From contig JBHLNF010000004.1 in the NCBI GenBank assembly GCA_048937405.1, forward strand, positions 1 through 64,000: a stretch of DNA of 64,000 nt. Direction: 5' to 3'. This DNA comes from Promethearchaeota archaeon. Lineage in GTDB: Archaea; Asgardarchaeota; Lokiarchaeia; Sigyniarchaeales; SOKP01. The notes beneath the pieces were generated by a model that ran no database searches, was not told the origin of the DNA, and saw only the letters and a list, made by a program, of their open reading frames with translations. Position 1 is the stretch's first letter, and the number at the start of each line of letters is the position of its first letter. A program made the position numbers and the translations under genes. Below are positions 19,421 to 30,251 of the stretch, piece after piece.

Positions 19421-20284
19421 ATGGTTTTAGAAGATTATCATACTCATAATCAAATGTGTAATCACGCAGTCGGTTCAATTGAGGATTATATTAAAAAAGC
19501 TATTGATAAGAAATTGGATCTTATTGGAATAAGTGATCATTTTCCATATGAATATCTTAAAAGTAGTCCTATTTTAATTGATGAAGTTCCTTATCAAGAA
19601 TATGCTATGCGTCTAAATGAAGTTGATACGTATCTCTCAACTATAGAGAAGTTAAAGGATAAATATGAAAACAAAATTCAATTAAGGGTAGCATTTGAGG
19701 TTGATTATTTTAAAAGCCTTGAAAGTTTTTTAAATTTACAAATCAAAAATAGGTTGAATGATTTAGATTACATCTTAGGATCTGTCCATATCCTTCATGG
19801 AAAATCAAAACTATTTGCTTTTGATGATAGACGATTTTTAAGTATGTATAAAGAATATGAGAGTATTGATAATATATATGTAGAATATTATCATAAATTA
19901 CAGGATATGATTACATCAGAAGAATTTGATTTTGATGTAGTAAGTCATTTTGATTTGCCAAAAAAATATAACAAAAGAGCTATTGACAAAGAAATGGTTA
20001 TGAAAGAAGCAATTAAAATTTTAGAGTGTATTAAAAAAAGAAACTTAACAGTTGAAATCAATACTGGGGGGTTACGAAAAGAAATCAAGGAACAATATCC
20101 TAGTTTTGAAATTGTTAAAGAAATGTATGAATTAGATATCCCAATTCTCTTAGGATCAGATGCTCATCATCCTAATGATATTGGTTATAAATTTACAAAA
20201 ACATTAAAAGAGCTGAAAAAGATAGGTTATACTAAATTAGCTCATTATAATAAAAGAAAAAGATCTTTTATAGAAATTAATTAA
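19421..20284 (+). CDS. hisJ: Histidinol-phosphatase, PHP family
   Basis: DYHTH..CNHA.G, ISDH, LGSVH, SHFDL, EINTGG, GSDAH; ATG at 19421 preferred. Confidence 0.82.
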   Translation: MVLEDYHTHNQMCNHAVGSIEDYIKKAIDKKLDLIGISDHFPYEYLKSSPILIDEVPYQEYAMRLNEVDTYLSTIEKLKDKYENKIQLRVAFEVDYFKSLESFLNLQIKNRLNDLDYILGSVHILHGKSKLFAFDDRRFLSMYKEYESIDNIYVEYYHKLQDMITSEEFDFDVVSHFDLPKKYNKRAIDKEMVMKEAIKILECIKKRNLTVEINTGGLRKEIKEQYPSFEIVKEMYELDIPILLGSDAHHPNDIGYKFTKTLKELKKIGYTKLAHYNKRKRSFIEIN

Positions 20285-20305
20285 ATATACAGTGAGTCAT
20301 AAAGA

Positions 20306-21022
20306 ATGTCTGAAAAAAAAAGTGATAAATGTGAAATTTGCGGTAAAAATCTAATTTATTCAATAGAAAAAGAAGGCTATAAGGCGTTAAAATGTGAGTT
20401 CTGTGGTAAGATATTCAATTCTAATGTTTACTGTGAGGATGGTCATTATATTTGTGATAATTGTCATTCTAAGGGTCCAATTGAAATTATTGAAAGAATT
20501 TGTGAAGAAACAAAAATTAAAGATCCATTTGAATTAGCAGATGTAATAATGAAACATCCAAAATTCAAGATGTATGGACCAGAACATCATGTTCTTACTC
20601 CCGCAGTTATTTTAACAGCCTTAAAAAATAATAATATAAAAAAATATAATGGAAATGAGATAACTTTATTTGATATTAAAGAAGCAATTAGGAGAGCATC
20701 CAAGATTCCTGGCGGTTGGTGCGGGTACTATGGTTCTTGTGGTGCTGGTATGGGATCTGGAGTAGCAATAAGTATATTTACAGGAGCAACCCCCGCTACA
20801 GACTATCCAAGGACATTAGCAAATCAGATCACTTCAAGATCTCTTAGCAAAATTGCAGATAATCTGGAACATTGCTGTAAAAGATCAGTTAGACTTTCTA
20901 TTTTTGAAACTTTAAAATTTTTAAAGGAAATTTTTCAGATTGAATTAAATTACAAATATAATAATTGCATTTTTTCTGATAGGAATGATAAATGTGAGAA
21001 AGTAAAGTGCCCTATCTTCTAA
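20306..21022 (+). CDS. Cys-rich DUF5714-like protein
   Basis: N-terminal CxxC pairs, GHYICDNCH, GPEHH, PGGWCGYYGSCGA, HCCKRS and a C-terminal CP.F. Confidence 0.75.
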   Translation: MSEKKSDKCEICGKNLIYSIEKEGYKALKCEFCGKIFNSNVYCEDGHYICDNCHSKGPIEIIERICEETKIKDPFELADVIMKHPKFKMYGPEHHVLTPAVILTALKNNNIKKYNGNEITLFDIKEAIRRASKIPGGWCGYYGSCGAGMGSGVAISIFTGATPATDYPRTLANQITSRSLSKIADNLEHCCKRSVRLSIFETLKFLKEIFQIELNYKYNNCIFSDRNDKCEKVKCPIF

Positions 21023-21034
21023 ATATCAGATTTC

Positions 21035-21835
21035 CTATACTTTTCTACTCTGTATCCAGCCTTCTGTGGCAATAGAATTGAATAATTTAAAATGTTTAGG
21101 ATCTTTGGTATGGATTACTAAATTATTGTTTTCAGAGTTACCTATTACTGCTAGTAATAGTTCTTCTCCATCTCTAGTTAATACAAATCGATCCTTTCTT
21201 TCATAATTTCTCAATGAAATATTATCTAAACTTTCAAACTCATCTAAAAGTTCTGAATGCTCCTCAAGTCCAGGATTTATTGAGCATGCAATCTTCATAG
21301 AAACAGAGGATCTAAGTTCATATAAATATAGTTCCTGTAAATCTTCGATGGTAGGGACGACAATAGCGACACTAGAAATAGAAGTTTCTAATATATCTCT
21401 CATTTTTTTAAGAATCTCAGATTTGGGTACATTTATTTTTGTAAAATCAATGATTTTTGCATCTTTAGGAGTAGTTTCAACTTTTCTCAACTTCTCATTT
21501 TCTAATTCTAGACTTTCTAATTCTTCATCTGCTTTTTTTAATTCTTCATTCAATATTTCAATTTCTTTTTGAAGTTGACCTATTGTTTCTTCGTTTTCTT
21601 TAACTAGATCTGGATCAATAGCAGTGGACATTAATTTTTTAATTTCTTCATCTTTTAATTTTAGAGTTTTTTCCAAAGTTTTAGTTCCATCGTCTTTAGT
21701 TTTAATTGTTTTTTCAAGAGTTTCAATTTGTTCATCTTTTACTTTAATAGAATCCTCGAGAGCTTTGATTTGCTCATCTTTTAATTTGATTAGTGCATCC
21801 TTAGCTTCTAATCGCTTCTTTATTTCATATTCCAT
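21035..21835 (-). CDS. Coiled-coil protein with C-terminal degenerate PLD/TrmB-like domain
   Basis: 14-aa KDEQIxxLExxIKx repeats followed by a coiled coil; alpha/beta C-terminal domain (…FVLTRDGEELLLA…) without HKD. Confidence 0.55.
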   Translation of the reverse strand: MEYEIKKRLEAKDALIKLKDEQIKALEDSIKVKDEQIETLEKTIKTKDDGTKTLEKTLKLKDEEIKKLMSTAIDPDLVKENEETIGQLQKEIEILNEELKKADEELESLELENEKLRKVETTPKDAKIIDFTKINVPKSEILKKMRDILETSISSVAIVVPTIEDLQELYLYELRSSVSMKIACSINPGLEEHSELLDEFESLDNISLRNYERKDRFVLTRDGEELLLAVIGNSENNNLVIHTKDPKHFKLFNSIATEGWIQSRKV

Positions 21836-22047
21836 TTAAATCACTAAGATCACAATACTCTTTATTTATAATTTTTACTATAATGGTTACAATTTATTAG
21901 TTTATTATATCTACTTATTTTTCCAAATTTAGTTGATAAAAAATTCTATCATATTATTGGTTAAACTAGTCTTCTACTCTATATTCTTAAAATTATTACT
22001 CAATTATTAGAATATCTTTTTATTTTCAAATATATTAATATTCATTC

Positions 22048-22785
22048 ATGGAAAGACAAGAAAAAATTATAGAGGAATTAAAAGCTGACATTTTAGAATT
22101 AGTTGAAAAAGAAATTGAATCATCATCTGCCATAATTGGTGTTAATATAGGAACTCCAGAAGGTACACAAATTACGAGCATTTTCAATAAAGATATTAAG
22201 ATGACAACTGGAGAAGTCACTGCAGCAAATAGCAGTCTTGTATTTCTATCCTCTAAAATGCTAAGGGATTCACTTAATCAAGAAGTATCTTATAATTTAA
22301 TTACAGGCAAAGATAAGATTATTCTTTCAATTTTAGTAGAAAATATAACTATGATTTGCTATCTCAATAGAGAGTTAGCTGAACTTGAAGGATTAGATTC
22401 TTATATAAACAAATTACAAAAATTAAGTCTACAAGTTTCTGCAATTATTGAGACTTCTGATCTTCTTAAGGAAGAAATATTTAAAGCTCTTAAAAGAGCA
22501 ATCCCAAATACTCTTGTTTTAGCAATAATCACGAAAGATGGATTGCCAATAAAAATTCAATCTACAATGCCTGAACCCATTCTTTCAGCTATGGTGGCTG
22601 CATTGTATAACTTATCAGGAGTGCTACTAGAGAGTCACATGGAATACTCTATAATTGGAGGAGAAAATGGTTCGGTAATATTACATGATTTAGATGAGAA
22701 TCGGCTTTTAGCACTAGCGGTACCTGAATCAGATGGCAGAAAATTAGGGGGCTACATAGCAAAGATTAAAACTATCATTCAATAG
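22048..22785 (+). CDS. Tandem Roadblock/LAMTOR2-domain protein
   Basis: Two repeats: GVNIGTPEG…VTAANSSL and AIITKDGLPI…LSAMVAAL…IGGENG. Confidence 0.8.
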   Translation: MERQEKIIEELKADILELVEKEIESSSAIIGVNIGTPEGTQITSIFNKDIKMTTGEVTAANSSLVFLSSKMLRDSLNQEVSYNLITGKDKIILSILVENITMICYLNRELAELEGLDSYINKLQKLSLQVSAIIETSDLLKEEIFKALKRAIPNTLVLAIITKDGLPIKIQSTMPEPILSAMVAALYNLSGVLLESHMEYSIIGGENGSVILHDLDENRLLALAVPESDGRKLGGYIAKIKTIIQ

Positions 22786-22804
22786 AAAAATTCAATGAAA
22801 ATAT

Positions 22805-24046
22805 TTATTTAATTATGGCATTTATTTTATTAACAATCTTTAAAGCTCCATTATGAGACTCAGAAAGACTTTTTGCTTTATACAATATAGAACATAAAGG
22901 TTCCCCTTTTATAATATTCCTGTTTGGTTCAGATTTATCATGAATATACTTTAGATTATTGATTTTTAGTATCATTTTTTTATTAATTTCTTTTGGAGCA
23001 AAATATATTAATTTTGTAGCAACTTCCTTAATAGTAACAGTTTTAATTAATTTTTTAATATCACTCCATTTCTCGGGAATAAAACTTTTTATATTTAAGT
23101 CTAAAAGGTTAATATTTAAGACAATTTCAGAAGCTCTAATTGAACCAGGAATCCTTGGATTACATTCCATAAAATATGGATAATTATTTTTTAGAACAAA
23201 ATCAAAACCATTAATTCCTTTTAATCCTAATTCTTTGGTTAAAAGAAGAGATATTTCTGTTATGATTGATTCGTGTTCTCTTGATATCTCAGCAGGAACG
23301 ATATTTCCACAGTACATAAATTCTTTTGGAGCATTTAGTAATTTCTCACCAATAATTTGCTGGTTTATAGATATAACCAGAGATTCTTTACCATTTGAAA
23401 TTACTGTACAACTAATTGGAATACCATCAATAAATTCTTGAATTAACCATTCTTTGGACAAAAATCCTTTTTCTTCTATAATTTTTATTTGAGATTTTAA
23501 TTCTTTTTCATTTCCAATTTTAAAGACATTTATTCCACCAGCACTTCTCTTTTTTTTTAATATAAAAGGGTATTCAAATTTTAATTTCTGTAATTGGAAT
23601 TCTTCAAAAGAATAAGATTTTGGAACTTGATATCCTTTTAATTTTAAAAATTCGAGAAGCTTTTCATTATCCCTTGCTTTAATTAATATATTTAGATCAT
23701 TATTAGCATTAACTATATTATAATTATTAATTTCATTATAAATTAATTCCCTTTCTTTATAAGCATCATCTAAACCACTCCCAATCAAGAGAAATTTCAT
23801 ATCACAATTTTTACGTAGCATAGTTAAAGCGAATTTTGCTAGATGTTTGCTATAATTATCTTTTAAAGCAAAATAATTGCTACTTAATTCTTTTGTTACA
23901 ATAATATAATCATTCACATAAGGATATAAATCTAAATCACCAAAAAAATCTACAGCATAAACATAATAATTAGCTTGATTTAAAGAATAAACTAATGGAC
24001 GAGTATTAAATCCTACTACAAGAATAGAAGTTTTTTGATCTTCCAT
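22805..24046 (-). CDS. ATP-grasp ligase (COG2232-like; family often linked to C1 cofactor synthesis)
   Basis: AVDFFGDLD, KK.SAGG, QEFIDG, YCGN, GINGFDF, ECNPR. Confidence 0.8.
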   Translation of the reverse strand: MEDQKTSILVVGFNTRPLVYSLNQANYYVYAVDFFGDLDLYPYVNDYIIVTKELSSNYFALKDNYSKHLAKFALTMLRKNCDMKFLLIGSGLDDAYKERELIYNEINNYNIVNANNDLNILIKARDNEKLLEFLKLKGYQVPKSYSFEEFQLQKLKFEYPFILKKKRSAGGINVFKIGNEKELKSQIKIIEEKGFLSKEWLIQEFIDGIPISCTVISNGKESLVISINQQIIGEKLLNAPKEFMYCGNIVPAEISREHESIITEISLLLTKELGLKGINGFDFVLKNNYPYFMECNPRIPGSIRASEIVLNINLLDLNIKSFIPEKWSDIKKLIKTVTIKEVATKLIYFAPKEINKKMILKINNLKYIHDKSEPNRNIIKGEPLCSILYKAKSLSESHNGALKIVNKINAIIK

Positions 24047-24210
24047 TGTAAAAACAATTTGAAATATAATAAAAAAATTTTAAATTTTTATGATTAAAAT
24101 CTTGGATCTAAGATTTTGCTTATTTTAAAATATGGATTTTAATATATGAATTATTGTTTAAACTCCTTTAAGTAATGTTAAAACGCCTTAAAAAGAAATT
24201 TATAAAAAAT

Positions 24211-26553
24211 TTAATGAATACTTGTGATTTCACGCCTTAATCGCTCTTTGATTATACTAATCGAAAATCCTAATATTATTATTATTATTATTCCTAGGAA
24301 TAAAAATAAATTATAACTTGGTATACTTCGATTTTTGGAAGGTGGACCTTTTATTTGAAAATAATCGCTGGTATCGTATATAGAAGGGTGCAAATTACTT
24401 TTGATTCTTATCTGATACTCTGTAGAACTTAACAAACTTGAAGGGATACTCCAATTATAATTTCCATTATTAGGAGTAGATTGAGTAATATTTTGTAAAA
24501 AGGAGCCACTATTATATAAGCTAATACAAACTGATGGGAAATTTTTTGAAGAATTCCAGGAGATCAGATGGGATATGTCCTTTTCCCATATAGAGTTCCT
24601 GTTAGGGGTTATAATTTCCACAAGATATTCAATTTCCATTAAGTATAAGATTTCTAAACCATCACTTCCATCAGCCATATATGCATAAGACCCAGAAACA
24701 TAAACTCCCTTAGTATATCCTCCATCATCGTATTGTCCTACTTCCATTGGTGTGGAGGAATCGGAAATATCAATGATTTCCAATCCCCGAAATGAATCAG
24801 CGACATATGCATAAGACCCAGAAACATACACATCCCTATCCCATCCCTCACTTCTATAATACCCTATTTCTGATGGTGCAGATGGAGTGGAGATATCAAT
24901 AATCTTTAATCCCTGATCTCCATTAGTCACATATGCATAAGAGCCAGATACAAAAACTCCAGTCACAAATCCACCAATAGGAAACTGTCCTACTTCCATT
25001 GGTGCAGAATTATTTGAAATATCTAAAATCTTTAATCCCGTAGTATCATCCGTAACATATGCATAAGAGCCAAGAACAAATACATCAGAAATATCTCCCC
25101 CATTATAATACTGTCCTACTTCTGATGGAGCAGACGGATTGGAAATATTAATAATCTCTAATCCATCATAAACATCCACTACATACGCATAAGAACCAGA
25201 AACAAATATATTAATTAATGCCCCACCATCATCATATTGTCCCACTTCTGATGGGGCGGATGGATTGGAAATATTAATAATCTCCAATCCATCCTCATAG
25301 TCCGCGATATACGCATAAGACCCAGACACTTTTATTCCATATGCTGATCCGCCATCATCATATTGTCCTACTTCCGATGGGATAGATGGATTAGAAATGT
25401 TAATAATCTTTAGTCCATTATTATCACCCGCTAGATACACATAAGAACCAGATAGAACTACATCGTTAATGTTACCCCCATCATAAAATTGTTCTATTTT
25501 TGTTGGTGTGGATATACTGGAGATATCTATAATTTTTAATCCCTCATTATCCTCTATAACATATGCATAAGAACCAGAAATAACTACATCGCAAATATCA
25601 CCCCCATCATCATATTGTCCCACTTCTGATGGTGCAGACGGATTGGAAACGTTAATTATCCGTAAACCTAAATATCTATCTGCTATATACGCATAAGAGC
25701 CAGATAAATATACTTCAGTAATCCCCGTACCCCCATAGTATTGAGCTACTTCCATTGGTAAAGAGGGATTACTAATATCAACGATTTCTAATCCCTCGCC
25801 CCCATCCGCTACATAGGCATAATCTCCACTTACATAAACCTCATATACAATTCCCCCATCATTATATTGTCCCACTTCTGATGGTGCAGACGGATTGGAA
25901 ATATTAATAATCTTTAATCCATCACTACGAGCAGTAACATACGCATAAGGACCAGATATAAATACTTCAAATATATTTCCAAGATCATCACAATGTCCCA
26001 CTTCTGATGGTGCAGAGGGATTGGAAATGTTGATAATCCTTAATCCTGCACTAGTATCTACAATATACGCATATGACCCAGAAACATATATATCTTTGAC
26101 ATTAAAACCAACATTATATTGACCTACTTCTGATGGTGCAGAGAGATTGGAAATGTCAAAAATTTTTAGTAATCCAAATTGAAAATTTATTATATACGCA
26201 TACGAACCTAAAACGTAAACTTCTTCGACATATCCATCATCAAATTCTCCAATAATAGATGGTGAAGATGGATTCGAGACGTCTATTATTTTAAGTCCAC
26301 CATATCCAGATGCTATAAACACTATTGAATCAACAATCATTAAATCTATGTAAAATCCATCTAATATATCTGTAATCTTAGTAATATTCATTAATATTGA
26401 TGACAACTCTGGATTTTTTTTTTGTTTATTTTCCAAATTAAAACACTCAATAGTATTAAATCCAATACTCTGGGAATAATTAAAGTTAAAGACGTTAATA
26501 GTAAGAGTTAATGATAGTATCAATAAAATCAGATTAATTCTTGAGGATTTCAT
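24211..26553 (-). CDS. Cell-surface LVIVD-repeat beta-propeller protein with Ig-like stalk and C-terminal membrane anchor
   Basis: Signal peptide; 14 repeats of about 42 aa (VSGSYAYVAD..GLxIIxISNPSAPSEVGQY); W..S…NNGNYNWSIP…YQIRI domain; IPSY + TM + basic tail (Loki-CTERM-like). Confidence 0.88.
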   Translation of the reverse strand: MKSSRINLILLILSLTLTINVFNFNYSQSIGFNTIECFNLENKQKKNPELSSILMNITKITDILDGFYIDLMIVDSIVFIASGYGGLKIIDVSNPSSPSIIGEFDDGYVEEVYVLGSYAYIINFQFGLLKIFDISNLSAPSEVGQYNVGFNVKDIYVSGSYAYIVDTSAGLRIINISNPSAPSEVGHCDDLGNIFEVFISGPYAYVTARSDGLKIINISNPSAPSEVGQYNDGGIVYEVYVSGDYAYVADGGEGLEIVDISNPSLPMEVAQYYGGTGITEVYLSGSYAYIADRYLGLRIINVSNPSAPSEVGQYDDGGDICDVVISGSYAYVIEDNEGLKIIDISSISTPTKIEQFYDGGNINDVVLSGSYVYLAGDNNGLKIINISNPSIPSEVGQYDDGGSAYGIKVSGSYAYIADYEDGLEIINISNPSAPSEVGQYDDGGALINIFVSGSYAYVVDVYDGLEIINISNPSAPSEVGQYYNGGDISDVFVLGSYAYVTDDTTGLKILDISNNSAPMEVGQFPIGGFVTGVFVSGSYAYVTNGDQGLKIIDISTPSAPSEIGYYRSEGWDRDVYVSGSYAYVADSFRGLEIIDISDSSTPMEVGQYDDGGYTKGVYVSGSYAYMADGSDGLEILYLMEIEYLVEIITPNRNSIWEKDISHLISWNSSKNFPSVCISLYNSGSFLQNITQSTPNNGNYNWSIPSSLLSSTEYQIRIKSNLHPSIYDTSDYFQIKGPPSKNRSIPSYNLFLFLGIIIIIILGFSISIIKERLRREITSIH

Positions 26554-26760
26554 CTTTATTTTCTTATATTTGATTTTTAATATGATTGCTTTCAGAAATA
26601 TTCAAAAAAACTAATAATAATTACCCTCTTTTAATTTGATTCCAAATTAAAAGATTTAGCTTATTAAATATCTATATAGTAATAATGTAATTAAAAATTT
26701 CTATCTGTTTTAATAAATTCCATTTATATCTAAAAAGAAATTAAAAATATTCTATAATAT

Positions 26761-28965
26761 TCAGAGGATTTTTTTCAATTCTAAAATTAATGAGTTAGGG
26801 TTGTATTTGTTAAATTTATAAATCTGGGCATTAGCATATTTTTTAAAATTCTTTTTAATATGTTCTGCTGAATATGTATGGACACCTAGGGCGTGAGTAG
26901 CATAGGATTTTTTTGGTTCGAGTACAATCATATGGATATTTTGTTTTGATAATTTTTTGGTTAATTGCTTTAGTTCTCTCGTAATTAAAGTATAATCTGT
27001 TTCAATCTGAGCTATTAAATCAGGAAACTTTACAGAAATATTTGCTCCGCAATCACTACAGATAAAAACCACAGGTATAATATTTCGATCTTTTAATTTC
27101 TCAATTTTTATTAATTCGGATACTTTTTTTAATGCTGCTGCCATTGGTGTATATGATTTCCCCTCCAGTTTTTTCAACTTATTAACTGCCATTTTAAAAT
27201 TTACGGTAGGTTTTTGTAAAACAACTGCGTTTTTACCTCGAAAAACAATGAGCGCTATTTTATCTCTTTTTCTATATCCTTCTCTATGAAGTGATAAAAT
27301 TACATCAGTCATTTGTTTTATGACATAAAACATAGAGGCTGAACTATCTAATACAAAGAATAATGCTAGAGGAGCGCGATATTCATAAATCTTGTCCATT
27401 AAATCATATTTATTGAAATGTATAGGAAAATCGATTTCAGTTTCATTGTATACTATATTCTTAAGATAATTCCTAATAGTTGCATCTAAAGCAATAGATT
27501 TTGGCTGTTCACGTATGGGAGTTCTATATGAAACATATCTTCCCTTTTGTGATGATGATACTTTAATTCTTCTACCTATTCCTCTTCCTCCGTAATCAGA
27601 GATTTTTCGTTCTTTTCTAATATTATCCAAGATAGAGGTCATTTTTTTTTCCATTTTATAAATAAAGGGAAGTGAATCACTTTTTGCTTCAAAAAATCGA
27701 AGATCTTCATCAAAAGGAATATTTTTCACTTTCCAACCACCAGCGGGTTTAGGATTTCGTTTTCTATTATCAGGATATTTTGGAGGAGGTAATTTCTGTT
27801 CTTTTGTCTCTGGAATATCGACTTTTTCAGGATCAACAGATTGTCGTTTAAATTCCTTTTGAGAACTATCATCATGTTTTAAAGGTCCCTCGGTTTCTCT
27901 ATTTGGTTGAAGAACATCAGTATTTTCATACGCTTCTCTTATCTTTCCATAAACTTCAGCAATTTTAGCTTTTATTTCTTCAGGAATCATTTCATAATGG
28001 AGGGATTGAATTCTGTGTTCGAATACCAAATCCATTGCAACATTAAGGTCATCTTCGGTTATAGTTTTTCTATTATTTAATGCAGCATGAGCCCGAGCAC
28101 ATCTTATAAAAGTGATATCAGCTCGTTGAGAAAAAATTTCTAATTCATTTACTATTTTTGAAACAAATTCATAAACGGAACTAGGTATTTGGACATCTTT
28201 TAGAATTTGACGCGCATTCAAAATCTCCTGTCTCAGCTTTTCTTGTTCATTTTCAAAAGCTTTAATAAAGTCTTTTGGATGATCATCAAATTCAATAACC
28301 CTTTTTGTTATTTCAGCTCGTAATTCTGGATCTCTGGGAGCTTCTATTCTAACCTCTAAACCAAGTCGATCAGCAATTTGAGGTCTTAAGTCTCCTTCCT
28401 CGGGATTCATCGATCCAACTAATACAAATCTGGAAGGGTGTGATACAGAAATACCTTCTCTTTCAATAATATTTACTCCTGAAGCTGCAGAATCCAAAAG
28501 GACGTCAACTATATGATCTTGAAGAAGATTAATTTCATCTACGTAAAGAATACCTCGATTCGCCTTTGCTAATAAACCAGGATGCAAAGCTCTTATCCCT
28601 TCTGTAAGTACTTTTCCAATAGATAAGGATCCACATACCATATCTTCAGTAACACCAAGAGGTAGGTTAACTAACCACATATCCCTAAATTCAGTTCGAA
28701 TTTCATTATTTTCCCTTTTTTCTATACAATTTTGACACAAATCATCAATATCTGAATGAGGATCACATGAAAATTCACATCCAGTTATAACCTCGATTTG
28801 GGGCATTAGTTCTACAAGAGACCTTACAGCTGTACTTTTTCCCGTACCTTGTTCTCCTGTTAAGAGAATCCCGCCTATTTGAGGATCTATAACATTCAAA
28901 ATTAATCCCATTTTCATTTTTTCTTGACCAAGAATCGCTGTAAAGGGAAAATTTATTTTCTTCAT
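26761..28965 (-). CDS. Mg/Co-chelatase subunit I/D-like AAA+ ATPase with C-terminal vWA domain
   Basis: FPFTAILGQ, GEQGTGKST, PGLLAKANRGILYVDEINLL, SMNPEEG; Pro-rich linker; vWA MIDAS DSSAS. Confidence 0.9.
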   Translation of the reverse strand: MKKINFPFTAILGQEKMKMGLILNVIDPQIGGILLTGEQGTGKSTAVRSLVELMPQIEVITGCEFSCDPHSDIDDLCQNCIEKRENNEIRTEFRDMWLVNLPLGVTEDMVCGSLSIGKVLTEGIRALHPGLLAKANRGILYVDEINLLQDHIVDVLLDSAASGVNIIEREGISVSHPSRFVLVGSMNPEEGDLRPQIADRLGLEVRIEAPRDPELRAEITKRVIEFDDHPKDFIKAFENEQEKLRQEILNARQILKDVQIPSSVYEFVSKIVNELEIFSQRADITFIRCARAHAALNNRKTITEDDLNVAMDLVFEHRIQSLHYEMIPEEIKAKIAEVYGKIREAYENTDVLQPNRETEGPLKHDDSSQKEFKRQSVDPEKVDIPETKEQKLPPPKYPDNRKRNPKPAGGWKVKNIPFDEDLRFFEAKSDSLPFIYKMEKKMTSILDNIRKERKISDYGGRGIGRRIKVSSSQKGRYVSYRTPIREQPKSIALDATIRNYLKNIVYNETEIDFPIHFNKYDLMDKIYEYRAPLALFFVLDSSASMFYVIKQMTDVILSLHREGYRKRDKIALIVFRGKNAVVLQKPTVNFKMAVNKLKKLEGKSYTPMAAALKKVSELIKIEKLKDRNIIPVVFICSDCGANISVKFPDLIAQIETDYTLITRELKQLTKKLSKQNIHMIVLEPKKSYATHALGVHTYSAEHIKKNFKKYANAQIYKFNKYNPNSLILELKKIL

Positions 28966-29088
28966 AATACTAATCGTGATTTTAAAATTCTATGAAATTA
29001 TATATAAAAAAATCAAATATTTAATCAAAAAAAAGCGTAATCAAATAAAAATATATCAAAATTAAAAATAGGATGAAACTTATTAGAT

Positions 29089-30039
29089 TCAAAATCTCTT
29101 CTTAAGTTGCTTCAATCTTTTATCCAATCCAGAAACATGCTCATCCCATCTATTTATAATTTCTTCTATTTGAGGCATTAATACTTCTCTTTCTTTATAT
29201 TCTAAATAGTTCATAAATTCCTTGATATTTTCAATCTTCGCTAATGTTTCTGATACAAATTTTCGAATTTCTTTACTTTGATTTTCTAAGACTTCTGGAA
29301 TTCTTGATTTTTCTCCTCGATGAGTCAAGGTGGTTAAATATTCTTCAGTGCCAAGAAAGAGAGATTCATATTTTTCTATACGCTCATCAATAAATTTACT
29401 ATACGTGGCTGGTACATTATCTTTAGGAAAGAAATTAGTAACATCAATAATAAATTTCTGAGTTTGAGCAATTAATTGTTCCATACTTTCGTATCCCTCA
29501 ATTCTGTAATCTGTAGTATGATAGGAAGCCTCTACTCCAGAATTTACATCATCTAATCTGAATATTTTAAAACCAGGATCATTTTTTAATTGTATATCTG
29601 GATCTCCTTTTTTATTCGCAAGTTCAATCTGTCGTATTAATCTCGTTGGATTAAATACCAGAGAAATTGCTTTTGGATTATTTTGCTGATAAGATAGAGT
29701 TGTACGTATATCAATATGAGACATCATTACCTTAAAATCTGGATGGGAATGCCACCATCCTACTGTAAATTCACCTCGTTCAAAAGCTTCATCATCAATA
29801 ATACTTAGCGCAACATAATCCTCATCAGACCATTTATATTGATCAATTACAGCATCTTTATCCAATTCCTGATGCATAATAGGATATGTTTGTGTTATTA
29901 TTACATTATCCCCCTTATTCTTTCCTATGAAAATCCCACTCACTTCTAACCAATCATCTTTAGGAATACGAGCATTTGCGAATCTAACTGCAGCAGCTAC
30001 CACTGCCAGATAACATTGTTTAGGGATAATAACAACCAT
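29089..30039 (-). CDS. MPN+/JAMM metalloisopeptidase (Rpn11/CSN5-like) with helical C-terminus, paralogue 1
   Basis: LEVSG … GWWHSHPDFKVMMSHID = E…HxHx7Sx2D. Confidence 0.88.
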   Translation of the reverse strand: MVVIIPKQCYLAVVAAAVRFANARIPKDDWLEVSGIFIGKNKGDNVIITQTYPIMHQELDKDAVIDQYKWSDEDYVALSIIDDEAFERGEFTVGWWHSHPDFKVMMSHIDIRTTLSYQQNNPKAISLVFNPTRLIRQIELANKKGDPDIQLKNDPGFKIFRLDDVNSGVEASYHTTDYRIEGYESMEQLIAQTQKFIIDVTNFFPKDNVPATYSKFIDERIEKYESLFLGTEEYLTTLTHRGEKSRIPEVLENQSKEIRKFVSETLAKIENIKEFMNYLEYKEREVLMPQIEEIINRWDEHVSGLDKRLKQLKKRF

Positions 30040-30251
30040 AATAAAATCTTCTTTGAATTTTTTTTTTTTGAGGAAAATATTTGCAAATTTAATACAACTT
30101 TTTGTATTTATGCCTTTTGATCTAAATTTCTGAATTAAATTATTAAACTTACAGACAAATTTTTACATTAAATGAGAAATAATTTAAATTCAAAATTCAT
30201 CATTATAATAATACTGAAATCATATAATTTATAGTTGAATAGTGATTTAAA

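Noticed and set aside
24640-26320. Periodic DNA repeats as a CRISPR array or DGR target
   Set aside because: The ~126-bp period lies inside an intact ORF and reflects protein repeats; no cas genes, reverse transcriptase or template repeat in the window.
26761-28965. Evidence for chlorophyll synthesis
   Set aside because: I/D-like AAA-vWA proteins are widespread in non-phototrophs and no other pathway genes are present.
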